Source: a virus | DNA length: 64,000 nucleotides | Strand: one strand, 5' to 3' | Virus record (IMG/VR): IMGVR_UViG_3300030060_002972 | Span: 1 to 64,000 of that record | In this document: one piece after another, positions 47,432 through 58,239 of the stretch | How positions within the stretch are numbered: the stretch's first letter is position 1 | Layout: each line of letters starts with the position of its first letter | The notes under the pieces: model-generated | The model's input: only the letters and a program-made list of their open reading frames with translations | What the model was told of the DNA's origin: nothing | The model's database searches: none | Position numbers and translations under genes: made by a program

Positions 47432-48709
47432 ATGGCTAGTAGAAGTAAATCAAGAAGTAAACAAGAATCTGTACAAGGACCAAGTACAACGCAAACTATA
47501 GCAGCTAATGCAATATTAGAATCATTAATGCCAGGTAGTACACAAGCAGGCACAGGATATGTGCAACAACCTGTTCAACAAATGCAAACACAAACAGGTT
47601 TACCTTACGAAGGTCCTGGAGGAACACCACAGGGACAAGCAGTGGGTTCTAGAGCAACAGATGCTAGTAAAGAAGGTTATGGAGTAAAACAAGGACGAGA
47701 TATCATGTCACAATTTTTAAGTACAGTTCCCGCATATTCATCATCATTACCTGGAGACAGTAATCGTATGGTAACACAAAGTCCTACAGGTTTAGAAGCT
47801 GGGCAAGAAGCGTTAAAATTATTACCTGATTTTGATGACGCTGCTTATGTAGATTTTTTTGAAAAATACGATTCAGGTACATTGTCAGAGTCTTCTAATC
47901 AAGTTGTAACAAATATTCTGGATATTGTAAATAATCCAGTGGCTGCAAGCCAAGAACAAATGGCAGAGATATACAGAGTATCTAATATGGAAGAAGCACT
48001 AAGTGTGCCAGAACCCCCAGTGTTAACAGAAGTTGTTGGACAGATTGTAGAAAATTTACCAACACCAATGACTAATTTTATGAATAACATTTTTATTGCA
48101 GGAACCCAAGAGGCAATGGAAGCAGAGATAGAAAACTTAAGTCAAAAATTACTTGATTTTGGTAATGAAACCGCAAGTGATTTTATGGATGCTACATTAG
48201 GTAGAGTTGCTGCACAAACTGGTGGTGCAATGTCTGGAGCAGCTTTAGCGGCTATACAAGAGGGCGTAGTAGATATTGCCAAAGGTGTTAATACACAAAT
48301 AGCCCAAGCAAGATTAAGTGCTATGGGTACTTTACTGCAAGCTAGAGAACAAGGTATAAGTTTAATTACACAGCTATTAGATGACGGTCAACAACAACAA
48401 GCTATGGAGTTAAGTAGAGGTATTAAAGATGTAGAGTTAGCTTTGGCTACACAACAAAGTAAATTAAATGCCCATACACAAATGCAGATGCAAATGAATC
48501 AATCACTACAAAATATACTACCAATTATTGTAGATGAAGAAAGACAAGTAGAAGCAAACAAAGAAAGAACACAACAATTTATTTATAACTTAATGGCACA
48601 ACTAGCTACAGCTGGTCCATCGTCTAGTTACAGTTATGGTAAATCAAGGTCATCATCATTTAGTCTAGGTGGTCAAGTAGGAATTACTTACGCTATGGGT
48701 CCAAAATAA
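47432..48709 (+). CDS. Ejection protein 1 (unit B)
   Basis: Shares SKQ.SV.GPS..T.AAN, QQPVQQMQTQTGLP and LAT.GP with 4825..6066. Confidence 0.65.
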   Translation: MASRSKSRSKQESVQGPSTTQTIAANAILESLMPGSTQAGTGYVQQPVQQMQTQTGLPYEGPGGTPQGQAVGSRATDASKEGYGVKQGRDIMSQFLSTVPAYSSSLPGDSNRMVTQSPTGLEAGQEALKLLPDFDDAAYVDFFEKYDSGTLSESSNQVVTNILDIVNNPVAASQEQMAEIYRVSNMEEALSVPEPPVLTEVVGQIVENLPTPMTNFMNNIFIAGTQEAMEAEIENLSQKLLDFGNETASDFMDATLGRVAAQTGGAMSGAALAAIQEGVVDIAKGVNTQIAQARLSAMGTLLQAREQGISLITQLLDDGQQQQAMELSRGIKDVELALATQQSKLNAHTQMQMQMNQSLQNILPIIVDEERQVEANKERTQQFIYNLMAQLATAGPSSSYSYGKSRSSSFSLGGQVGITYAMGPK

Positions 48710-48724
48710 AATTAGGAGAATAAT

Positions 48725-50935
48725 ATGGGAAGATTAACAGGTATAAATTTAGGTCCACTTTCAATTAAATTTGATAGAGACAAAACAGCACAGCGTAAAA
48801 GTGATAGATTCAAAGCGCAAGATATTGTATCCAAACTTACTAGGGATGCATTAAAAGGTGTTAATACTGATAGTACCAATAATATAATACGTAAAGGTAT
48901 TGCAGATTTAGAATCAGGTAGTGATAAAATTATTAATAGTAAAAGAGATTTGGGTACAAGTACCCTAACTACTAGTGGATTAGAAGGTGCTAATATTAAA
49001 GGTAGCACTACTTTAAGTGATGATGTTTTAACTCAAGCCAAAGAAGACTCTGGAGGTTTTGTAGACGAAGCATCTAAGTTAGCCGTAGAAACTCACATAA
49101 AAAAATTAACTGATTTTAATAAAAATATTACTGAAAAAGAAAGAGTAGTAGCAGAAAATATAGACAATGTTATAAATCACCCGTCTGTAGGCGGCAGTGT
49201 TAAAACAATATTAGGCAATGAAAATATTACTGATACACAAAAAGTAGATTACATATATGGATTAATAAATGATTTAGCATCTATTAAACCACAGAGTGAG
49301 AGAAGTAAAACTAGATTACAAGAAGCAGATAAAGCCTTAAATACCACGTTAAAAAATAAAACTGTTCAAGATACATTTTTAGCGTTTAAACCAGCTGCAG
49401 GTGGTGGTTTCCAATTTGAAGCAAGTGATGGTTCTGCTATTACTTTCGGTAGTGATGAAAGGACGCCTTTACCTGGCATAGGTATGGGTGCCTATACTCC
49501 AGATGTAGCAGCTAGTCATACTTATATTGATAACAAAAGTTTGAAGTTAGATGAAGATTATCATTTTTTGGATAACACTGTTAGAGTTGCAGTGCCTGGC
49601 GACCCTACTGTAATAGAAACTAAAGATGACGGTACTCAAATAACATCATCAGTAGAAGATTATATAGATTTTGATGGTCTAACATATAGTGCGTTATATC
49701 CTAAATATTTACGTACTAAATATGATGACAATTATACTGTAGAAGATTTTAATAATGATGTTAGTCAATATATGAAAAGTCAAATTTTTGGCGGGTCTAG
49801 TGCAGATTATGATGACGAGTTAGCTAATACTATTGATGAGGCTATCGGTAACAGTATGGGTCAACAGCTGTATGACCAATTAGCATCTTTTGATGCAAAT
49901 GCTAAAATAGGAGCATATAATAAATACAAAGAAGACGCTGGTGTAGGAGGTGGACTTGAAGCCTTAAACCAAATTAGGACAAAAGACGCTGAACGTATTA
50001 CAGAAGATGCATTTTTCAGAATGTATGAAAAAGAACAAGAAGAAATGTACCGTGCAGGTTCAACCTATAGCTCGTATATGAAAGAACACAGAGTAGCATC
50101 ACAAGATAAATTTTTACGTGCAGCATCTAGTCAATTTAGTGGATATAGACAAAGATTTAATGACATACTTAATAGATACGGAGATGATGACGGTAGTTTA
50201 CACGACCAGCTTAGCAAAAAACTAGGTTATGACACAGAAGAATATTTTGAACATTTATTATTAAACGGAGATTTATCACAAATTCAAAACACCTTAATAC
50301 AAATAGGTAGATTCTTAGAATTAGGTGATAATGAAAATGCTGATATGATAAAATATATTATTGGTGATACAACTACATTTGGTAATTTTGTAAAACTTAG
50401 AGATAAAATCTACACAGATGATGCAAATACAATAAACCCAAACATATCTGGTATGAAAGCCATGTTTGGCAACTTTGCTTCACTAAATAGAAGTCTTAAT
50501 TTTTCTGGTGACGAAGTAATATTTGAAGATGTTAGACAAGAAATTAAAGGTGATAAGAAAACTTTGTTAGATGCTTTGTATAAAGAAGTAACTACAAATA
50601 GTAAACTAGGTAATTTAATTAGTGCTGTAGAAGAATCTTACACTCAATCTGAGGGTAACGCATTTACTATAGGTGGTGCTGATGAGGTAGATGCACAAGA
50701 TGCAGATGTATTAGCGGGACAAATTGCAGAGATAGATACAGAAACTAGTGAACTTAACGCTTCTAGTACAGAAGTAGCGTCTGTTGTTAACGCACTGTTA
50801 CCAGATTTAGCTAGTGCTGGTATAGATGTAGATACATACTTAGAAGCTTTATTGGAAGATATGAAATATGTTGCAAGAGACAGAGCAAAATTTAAACGAG
50901 ATATAATTAATCAATTAAACTTTGATTTAGGATAG
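48725..50935 (+). CDS. Ejection protein 2 (unit B)
   Basis: Positional equivalent of 6070..8418; not alignable by eye. Confidence 0.55.
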   Translation: MGRLTGINLGPLSIKFDRDKTAQRKSDRFKAQDIVSKLTRDALKGVNTDSTNNIIRKGIADLESGSDKIINSKRDLGTSTLTTSGLEGANIKGSTTLSDDVLTQAKEDSGGFVDEASKLAVETHIKKLTDFNKNITEKERVVAENIDNVINHPSVGGSVKTILGNENITDTQKVDYIYGLINDLASIKPQSERSKTRLQEADKALNTTLKNKTVQDTFLAFKPAAGGGFQFEASDGSAITFGSDERTPLPGIGMGAYTPDVAASHTYIDNKSLKLDEDYHFLDNTVRVAVPGDPTVIETKDDGTQITSSVEDYIDFDGLTYSALYPKYLRTKYDDNYTVEDFNNDVSQYMKSQIFGGSSADYDDELANTIDEAIGNSMGQQLYDQLASFDANAKIGAYNKYKEDAGVGGGLEALNQIRTKDAERITEDAFFRMYEKEQEEMYRAGSTYSSYMKEHRVASQDKFLRAASSQFSGYRQRFNDILNRYGDDDGSLHDQLSKKLGYDTEEYFEHLLLNGDLSQIQNTLIQIGRFLELGDNENADMIKYIIGDTTTFGNFVKLRDKIYTDDANTINPNISGMKAMFGNFASLNRSLNFSGDEVIFEDVRQEIKGDKKTLLDALYKEVTTNSKLGNLISAVEESYTQSEGNAFTIGGADEVDAQDADVLAGQIAEIDTETSELNASSTEVASVVNALLPDLASAGIDVDTYLEALLEDMKYVARDRAKFKRDIINQLNFDLG

Positions 50936-50942
50936 GTGTTAC

Positions 50943-53900
50943 TTGGGTATTAAAAAACAGTTAACTATAGACAAACTAAAAAATTACAAGAAGGTTCCTA
51001 TAGGAGGACAGGATACTATTACTGCTCCTCAAGTAGATTTACAATCTATAACACAAAATACTTTTAACAAATTAAATACTCAGAAACAAGAAGAAGAACT
51101 TAATACTGATTTAAACTTAGAGATTAACGCTCCTACTATAGTTAAACCTGATACATATATTAGTGACAATGAATTAAATGCATCTAGTTTATTTAGTCTA
51201 GAAAATTTAGTTGGTAGAGAAAATAGTGATTATATAAATAACGCTATAGACGAGTTTTTACCTAACTTTCATATTGACCCTGGAGAAATTATTTATGGGC
51301 GTAAAAATTCTTATGAAAATCCTACAGCAGCACAAGCATTTTATAATGGTCTTATGCCTGGGCGTGACCGTGACATAGCAGATTTTGCAGAACGTGTAGA
51401 GTTTGCCAGAGCAAATGGTATTAATCCACTAGATACTTACATAGATAGTTTTATGTGGGGTTTAGGTGAAGCATTACAATTTTATGGATACTGGAGAATG
51501 TCAGGTGCGTTTGCAAAAAATCTATTAATACCAGCATTAACTCGTATAGGTATATTAAGTAAAAGTAAACGTATTGCAGAATTAGGTGAAGGTACAGAAA
51601 AAGTTGTAAATAGATTACCTAAAGTATTACAACAAGATGCTAAGAAATTTTTAACAGACAATAAATACAGACAACAATTAATAGGAACAATTGGCGTTGA
51701 ATCAAGTATTGTAACGGCAGTAGAAGACGATATTGTAGACGGCATATTGTACACTGTGGGTTATCCAGCTGCATTTAAGTACGGTTTTATTCCTGGATTC
51801 AAAGGGTTTATAGATGTTGCCGGTAAAGGGCTAACTAAGGTTGTAGATAAAGGTAAAAATTTAGTTATTAAATCTCAAACAGAAGATGATATTCCTAAAC
51901 CATTAAATAAAATTACATCACTAATACAAAAAGTATTAGATGGCACTCAAAAAGATGGTATAGAAAACTTGGGTACAAATACCCAAAAAGTTATTAAAGA
52001 GCTAGAAAATATTAGTGTTGAAGGACAAAAAAATTTAGGTGATTTAATAAAAACATCTGCAGCATTACAAAATGATGTGCAAAAATTATTAAAAGTATTT
52101 AACACAAAAGTAGTAGGTATTATCAACAACATTGGTAACACTACAGCTACAAAAAATATTAAAGCATTACTAGATTCTCCTGACTTAAAAAATGGAGATT
52201 TTGAAACACTAATTAAATTTACAAAATTAATTGCTAATGAAAGCAAACACGGGCATAAACAAAATAGAAAAAAATTCTTTGTTAGTGTGTTAGATGAAGC
52301 AGATGATATGCTAAGTAAGTTTGGTAATAGTGATGTAGCAACTATTGTAGCACCCGGCAAAATACCTTTAACTAAAGATAATTCAAGAATACTTTATAGT
52401 AAAATTAAAACTAAGTTACAAGATTTAGTTGGTCACACAAAAGGACAAGCTGCGGATGTAGATAGCACATTACGTCAAGCATTAGGTTTTAACACAAGTC
52501 AAAGCCCAGACGCTATATTCAAAAACTTATTGCATAAATTACAGGGAAAATTTGCAAACAAAGTAAATAAAAATTCTCAAACAGATTTAGGGACGTTGTT
52601 AAATTTAGCTAAAGAAAACCCTAAAGGCATAACAAAATTAATAGACAATATATCAGCTCTTAATGACTACAAAAAATTTATATCAAATGAAACTTTTGAT
52701 AACCAAAGTAGAAATTGGAAAAAATTAGTATACCACATAAAAAATGTACAAGCTGTAACCGGCATGACCGGAGTTAAAAGAAAAATTAATAAAATCTTAG
52801 ACACCAAAAGAGATTATAACAAGTTGTTTGATGTAGCCGGACGTAAAACTAGTGAAGTTAAAATTCAAAAAGGTAAAAAAGGAAAAACAGAAACTGTTAC
52901 TATTATAGAACAAGAAGATAGATTTGGTTATAAGCAAGACATTGCTAGAAAACAACGTCTTAGACAAGAGCTAGGCATACCTATTACTCGTTCAGTTAGT
53001 CTACGTCAGTTATTAAATCGTTCTCAGAAAGGGTTTACAAGAGAAGAATATGATACAGCATTAACTTTATTGAGAAAAGAAATAGAAGAAGCAGGTCTAT
53101 TGCCACAAGACTTAAGTAAAGAATTAGGTAGACAATTAACTAGACGTAATAGAATTAAACGTAGTGCATTTAATACAAGAGTAAGAAATGATTTAGCTAG
53201 TGATGAAGCATTAGATGAAATAGCACAGCGTTTTGTAGATGATATACAAATAAAAGCAGAGATGGCTAAATATGGTATAGACCCTAGTATTGTTAACAGA
53301 AGTAGTTTAGACAAATTAACTAAACGTAAAAAACGATTAAGAGAATTACATACAGATTTAAACAATCAGTTATTTAAGTCTAATACTAAAATACAAACTC
53401 ACATCAACAAAATTGGCAGCATTGTAAATAAAATAAGTAACGGTAAAGAAACTCTGGCTATGTTAAACCCATTCAAAAACATACAAGAAATTAATCAGGG
53501 TATTAAATTTGTTAGTAGATACCAACAAGGGCAGTCTCTAGAAGTAGGTGACGGGTTAGCAAATGCAACTAAAATGTTTGCTGCCATGGAAAAAAATATT
53601 TCTAACACTATTAAAAGTGGTGCTCAAAATTCTAACAATTTGAACAAAGAATTCTTTAGGTTTATGAATGATTACCTAAATGAGAAAAACTTAAATACCC
53701 CTGAGTTACGTGACGTACAAGAAGTTATTGCCAGCGTATTAACTAGCGGGCGAACTACAGCAGAGATTAAAACTAAAGCAAGAACTGGTTTATACAAAAC
53801 ATTAGTAGCTCATGTGTATGATGATTTGCCTGGTATAGGACACATACTGCAAGTTAGGGGTAAAAAAGAAGATGCTCAGTTTATTAAAAAACTAATTAGT

Positions 53901-56900
53901 GGTACAAAACAAGATAAAATAAAAGGTGCATATGAATTAACTAGACGAATTTTAACTGATGAACAATTAATGATGGATGTTATAAATAAAAATACACAAA
54001 CACAAACATTATTTTTGTTAATGAAATCTATAGATAATCCTAAATTAAAACCTGTAGTAAAACAAATTTTGCAAGCAAACAAAACACAAACATCTGTAGT
54101 AGATTTATTACATAACATGGCTAAACAAGAAAACGCTACTAACAAACCAAGCGTATCACTTACTAGCACTGGAGATACACGATTAGTTAATGAAGAATTA
54201 CAAGACGCTACCGGTGGTGAAAGCGGTGTTATAAAACGTGTTTACAATTATTTCTTTAAGGAATATCAACAAATAATGAGAGACAGTGGTTTTGAACCAG
54301 GTGTAGCTATACAAAAATTAGCATCTAATGCAGAACAATCATACACAAGAGAAGCTAGTAAAGGCGGATTAATAGAAACTACAGTATTAGAAGTAAAACA
54401 AAAATTAAAAAATACACTAGATGAAGTAAATAGTGGGTTAGCACCAGGCGCTGATAAATATACCAAAGATGATATTGATAATATTTTGGTTCAATTAGAT
54501 AGATTAGCTAGTGGAGATAATGGTAAAGCAGCTGCAACTAAAATATTTAATGCGTTGCCAGGACCTGTACAAAGATATGTAGGTGAATATCATTCTACAT
54601 TACGTAAAGCCTTGGAACGTTTTAATAGCAAAGTAGATGACATAAATCTTATGGTAGAAAAAGGTGAAGTGTTTCCTGATACAGGTATAAATGTACCTTG
54701 GAAAGACCTTAGTCTAGAACGAGTTGACCCGTTAGATTTTTATTTTCCTAGATTTAGTAACGTAGAAAAAATGAACATAGAAAGATTTGATGTTTTTGCT
54801 ACAATTAAATATGCAGACGGACACACTCAACGTGTACGTGTAGTTAATGAAGCTGTAGATACCTTAGAAGATGTGCATAGAAAAATTATTGACCATGCAG
54901 ATGTAGGTTTACCACCAGGAGCCGTATCATTAAATTACAATGTATCACCTACACAACCATTGTTACGAAGTATTGACCAATACAATCCTACATCACAAGC
55001 ACAGCAAGTTGTAGACGACATTGAAAATTTATTTCAAGTTGATTACAAAACCGTTAAGTCTGCATTAGACAAAGGCGGTTATAATTATCAAACTTTTTAT
55101 AACGATGCGTTTATTGCTGGTCCAACATTTGCAAAACAAAGAACAGGTTTTGCTGCTAATTATGACACTGACCATTTAACAGTATTAAATACATATTTAA
55201 TGAAAGAATCTAGATATAGAAATTTTATTGAACCTGTAATAAAACATGACGCATTAAAAAGATACATGAAAGATACTCCGTTAGTAGATAAAAATGGCAA
55301 CACTATGACAGGCACTATGGATTACGTTAGTCACATAGTAGATAACATGTTAGGTAGACCACAACCAGCTACAGTTATGTTTAACAAATTACTACAAGGC
55401 ATTATTAAAGGTGGCAAGTTATACAAAATACCTGGCATATCTAAGGATGCTGATGTTAGAAGTTTCATAGATGCTAACTCTACATTTAACTATTATCTAC
55501 AGTTTGCAGTAGACATACCAGCATCGTTAATACAAAGCACCATGGCAGTTACTTCTGTGTTACCGGCAGCGGGTAGGTATGCTTTTAGTATGCAACCTAT
55601 GAAAGATGCTACAAATTTATTGTTAAGGTCATTAGTAAAAAATGACAGAGTTGCAAAAAATCCTATATTAAAACGTGTGCATAAAAGTTTCAAAAATAAA
55701 TTAGATAAATTAGACACACAAACTAAACAAAAATATGATGACTTAGAACAAGTATTTGTAGACATGAATCTTGAAATAGATAGTGCTCATGCTGTGCATA
55801 TGGCAGACCAATATACAGCACAATTTGGTGTTGAAGCTAGTAATTTCTTAAAACGTAGCTATCACACAATAGGTAATGCTGTGACATATGCATTTAGAAA
55901 AGGTGATATTATCCCTAGACGTTTAGCTGCTACTTTAGCCTATGAAAATGCCGATGCAGCTTTCAATAATGTTGCTAAAAAATTAAATAAAGCTGAAGTA
56001 GATTGGTTAGCTGGACCATTAAACACAGAAAAAGTTAGAAGTTTATTAAGACAAAAAGGTTTAACATTGAATCCATTGGAAGAAGAAACTATGAAACTTA
56101 TGGTTAATTCTTCTAACCGTCAATACACTAATACTGGGCGTACTTATGCAACTAAGACACAAGGTGCGTTTTACACTAAAGAAAAAGTAGGGATGCAATG
56201 GAAATACAAAGCTAACAGAAACTTTAAGAAAGATTTAGCTAAAAATTTTAGTGAAGAAACTAACCACAAATACAACTCAGCTAACAACACTGGATTTATG
56301 AATGAAGGATTGTTAAAAAACTTTAACTTGTACAAAAAATTTGCAGTAAAAGAATTTAGTAGGTTAGTGGGTTATGGTAAAAAAGGACAATACCCGGCAC
56401 TAGCTGCTAGTCTGTTAGCGTATCAACAGATTGCAGGAAGTGTAGGATTACCTTTTGCAAGAGACTTAAAACAATTATTAGAATGGGCATACTACGGGTC
56501 AGAAGTAATAGCTAAACCAAAAACAGAAGCTAATCCAGCTTTATTAGATATGGAATCTAACTTAAGAGCCTATGCAGCAGACAGCCCACTAAGAAAATAT
56601 GCGTTGTTTGGTCTTGCATCTACAGCGGGTATTGATTTAACACAAAGTGCATCTGTTAATATGGAAGGTTACTTTAGTCCAAGAACACCTATAAATGGAT
56701 TTGGTGATGTTGTAGGTAATTTAGTGTTAGGAGATACTTATAGACGTATGAAATCTATGTTTAATCGTATAGCTAACTTAAAATCACAAGGCAACTTATA
56801 CGAACTAGGCGGAGAAACTGGATTACAAAAATACATTAGAGGTTTTGAGGCTGCGGCACCTTTTATTCCAATGGGTGAACAAGCAGTAGACGCCTTACAA

Positions 56901-57395
56901 GTAATCAACGGTATGCAACCTAGAGATTATAGTGGACGACTTATGGATGTGTATGGTAGACAGGATGAGTTAAGCCAAGGTAACGAAGCTATACTAAAAT
57001 TATTAGGATTTAATACTATGGATGAGGTATTATATAAACAAACATCTTCATTAATTAGTGGAAAAACTGGTAAAGAGTTAAGAGAAATAGACAAAATAAA
57101 ACGAAGACATTTTGTTAATGATGCTTTTGGATTAATTACAGATTACATAAATGCAACTAACGAAGGTGAAGTTGATGCAGAAGAAGTTGATGACATTATA
57201 GAAGAATTGTCTGAGATTGTCACTTATTTTGGTGGGGATAAACAACTGTTAAATGCTATGAATTATGCATTTGTGACAAACAATGTGCCTAGAGATATAT
57301 TAAAATTAAAACGAGGCACAGCTAAACAGAAACAATTAATTATAAACAACTTAGATATTTTATTACGCCAAACTAACAAAGGAGGACAAGACTAA
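50943..57395 (+). CDS. Large ejection protein 3 (unit B), 2150 aa
   Basis: C-terminal motifs shared with 8428..15222. Confidence 0.65.
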   Translation: MGIKKQLTIDKLKNYKKVPIGGQDTITAPQVDLQSITQNTFNKLNTQKQEEELNTDLNLEINAPTIVKPDTYISDNELNASSLFSLENLVGRENSDYINNAIDEFLPNFHIDPGEIIYGRKNSYENPTAAQAFYNGLMPGRDRDIADFAERVEFARANGINPLDTYIDSFMWGLGEALQFYGYWRMSGAFAKNLLIPALTRIGILSKSKRIAELGEGTEKVVNRLPKVLQQDAKKFLTDNKYRQQLIGTIGVESSIVTAVEDDIVDGILYTVGYPAAFKYGFIPGFKGFIDVAGKGLTKVVDKGKNLVIKSQTEDDIPKPLNKITSLIQKVLDGTQKDGIENLGTNTQKVIKELENISVEGQKNLGDLIKTSAALQNDVQKLLKVFNTKVVGIINNIGNTTATKNIKALLDSPDLKNGDFETLIKFTKLIANESKHGHKQNRKKFFVSVLDEADDMLSKFGNSDVATIVAPGKIPLTKDNSRILYSKIKTKLQDLVGHTKGQAADVDSTLRQALGFNTSQSPDAIFKNLLHKLQGKFANKVNKNSQTDLGTLLNLAKENPKGITKLIDNISALNDYKKFISNETFDNQSRNWKKLVYHIKNVQAVTGMTGVKRKINKILDTKRDYNKLFDVAGRKTSEVKIQKGKKGKTETVTIIEQEDRFGYKQDIARKQRLRQELGIPITRSVSLRQLLNRSQKGFTREEYDTALTLLRKEIEEAGLLPQDLSKELGRQLTRRNRIKRSAFNTRVRNDLASDEALDEIAQRFVDDIQIKAEMAKYGIDPSIVNRSSLDKLTKRKKRLRELHTDLNNQLFKSNTKIQTHINKIGSIVNKISNGKETLAMLNPFKNIQEINQGIKFVSRYQQGQSLEVGDGLANATKMFAAMEKNISNTIKSGAQNSNNLNKEFFRFMNDYLNEKNLNTPELRDVQEVIASVLTSGRTTAEIKTKARTGLYKTLVAHVYDDLPGIGHILQVRGKKEDAQFIKKLISGTKQDKIKGAYELTRRILTDEQLMMDVINKNTQTQTLFLLMKSIDNPKLKPVVKQILQANKTQTSVVDLLHNMAKQENATNKPSVSLTSTGDTRLVNEELQDATGGESGVIKRVYNYFFKEYQQIMRDSGFEPGVAIQKLASNAEQSYTREASKGGLIETTVLEVKQKLKNTLDEVNSGLAPGADKYTKDDIDNILVQLDRLASGDNGKAAATKIFNALPGPVQRYVGEYHSTLRKALERFNSKVDDINLMVEKGEVFPDTGINVPWKDLSLERVDPLDFYFPRFSNVEKMNIERFDVFATIKYADGHTQRVRVVNEAVDTLEDVHRKIIDHADVGLPPGAVSLNYNVSPTQPLLRSIDQYNPTSQAQQVVDDIENLFQVDYKTVKSALDKGGYNYQTFYNDAFIAGPTFAKQRTGFAANYDTDHLTVLNTYLMKESRYRNFIEPVIKHDALKRYMKDTPLVDKNGNTMTGTMDYVSHIVDNMLGRPQPATVMFNKLLQGIIKGGKLYKIPGISKDADVRSFIDANSTFNYYLQFAVDIPASLIQSTMAVTSVLPAAGRYAFSMQPMKDATNLLLRSLVKNDRVAKNPILKRVHKSFKNKLDKLDTQTKQKYDDLEQVFVDMNLEIDSAHAVHMADQYTAQFGVEASNFLKRSYHTIGNAVTYAFRKGDIIPRRLAATLAYENADAAFNNVAKKLNKAEVDWLAGPLNTEKVRSLLRQKGLTLNPLEEETMKLMVNSSNRQYTNTGRTYATKTQGAFYTKEKVGMQWKYKANRNFKKDLAKNFSEETNHKYNSANNTGFMNEGLLKNFNLYKKFAVKEFSRLVGYGKKGQYPALAASLLAYQQIAGSVGLPFARDLKQLLEWAYYGSEVIAKPKTEANPALLDMESNLRAYAADSPLRKYALFGLASTAGIDLTQSASVNMEGYFSPRTPINGFGDVVGNLVLGDTYRRMKSMFNRIANLKSQGNLYELGGETGLQKYIRGFEAAAPFIPMGEQAVDALQVINGMQPRDYSGRLMDVYGRQDELSQGNEAILKLLGFNTMDEVLYKQTSSLISGKTGKELREIDKIKRRHFVNDAFGLITDYINATNEGEVDAEEVDDIIEELSEIVTYFGGDKQLLNAMNYAFVTNNVPRDILKLKRGTAKQKQLIINNLDILLRQTNKGGQD

Positions 57396-57589
57396 TGGAA
57401 TTAATTTCACAATATGCACCGTGGTTATTAACAGGTGTATTGTCTATAGCTGGATATTTGTTCAAAGGTAAATATGCACAACTTAAAGTGTGTGTTAAAA
57501 CTTTTATTGATATGATAGAAGATGATAAAATTACACCTGAAGAAATGAAACAGTTTATGACTGAAGCAAAAAAACTTATAGGTAAATAA
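57395..57589 (+). CDS. Small membrane protein (unit B)
   Basis: Homologue of 15232..15426. Confidence 0.65.
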   Translation: MELISQYAPWLLTGVLSIAGYLFKGKYAQLKVCVKTFIDMIEDDKITPEEMKQFMTEAKKLIGK

Positions 57590-57591
57590 TT

Positions 57592-58239
57592 ATGCGTGTA
57601 CATATTTTAATATTATTAACATTATTGTTATTTGGATTAGTAGGTTGGGTCAAAGTATTTGCTACCGACAACAGCACATCTAACCAAACTAATACGTCTG
57701 GTTCAAACACCAGTATTAGTGGTGGGTACACATCTACTACTAACAATACGTACAGTGGTGGGCAAACCAACACGACCACTAACAGTACAACTAATAGTAC
57801 AAAAAATAGTAAAATACCTGTAGGCACCGCTACTGCACCTAGTATGTCATCGTACAGTCAAGATTTATGTATTGTAGGCGTATCTGGTGGAGTGCAAGTC
57901 ACCGGATTTGGGGTATCAGGTGGCACATATGTTACTGACGAGAATTGTGAACGAATGAAACTATCAAAACTTCTATATGATTTTAATATGCGAGTTGCAT
58001 CAATCGCAATTCTCTGTCAGGACGATAGAGTATTTTCTGCTATGGAACACGCAGGCACACCTTGCCCGTTTGAAGGTAAGATAGGAAAAGATGCAGAAGA
58101 CCAATGGAAAAAATATGACGTAGAAAGACCTGACTACGACAAATATGTACAAAAATTAAAACGAAGAGCGGCTATAGACAAAGAAACAGAATTTGTACCT
58201 ATAGACACGGAGTATGATTTATATGGAGACGATGATTAA
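57592..58239 (+). CDS. Exported Ser/Thr-rich Cys protein (unit B)
   Basis: Homologue of 15829..16458. Confidence 0.7.
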   Translation: MRVHILILLTLLLFGLVGWVKVFATDNSTSNQTNTSGSNTSISGGYTSTTNNTYSGGQTNTTTNSTTNSTKNSKIPVGTATAPSMSSYSQDLCIVGVSGGVQVTGFGVSGGTYVTDENCERMKLSKLLYDFNMRVASIAILCQDDRVFSAMEHAGTPCPFEGKIGKDAEDQWKKYDVERPDYDKYVQKLKRRAAIDKETEFVPIDTEYDLYGDDD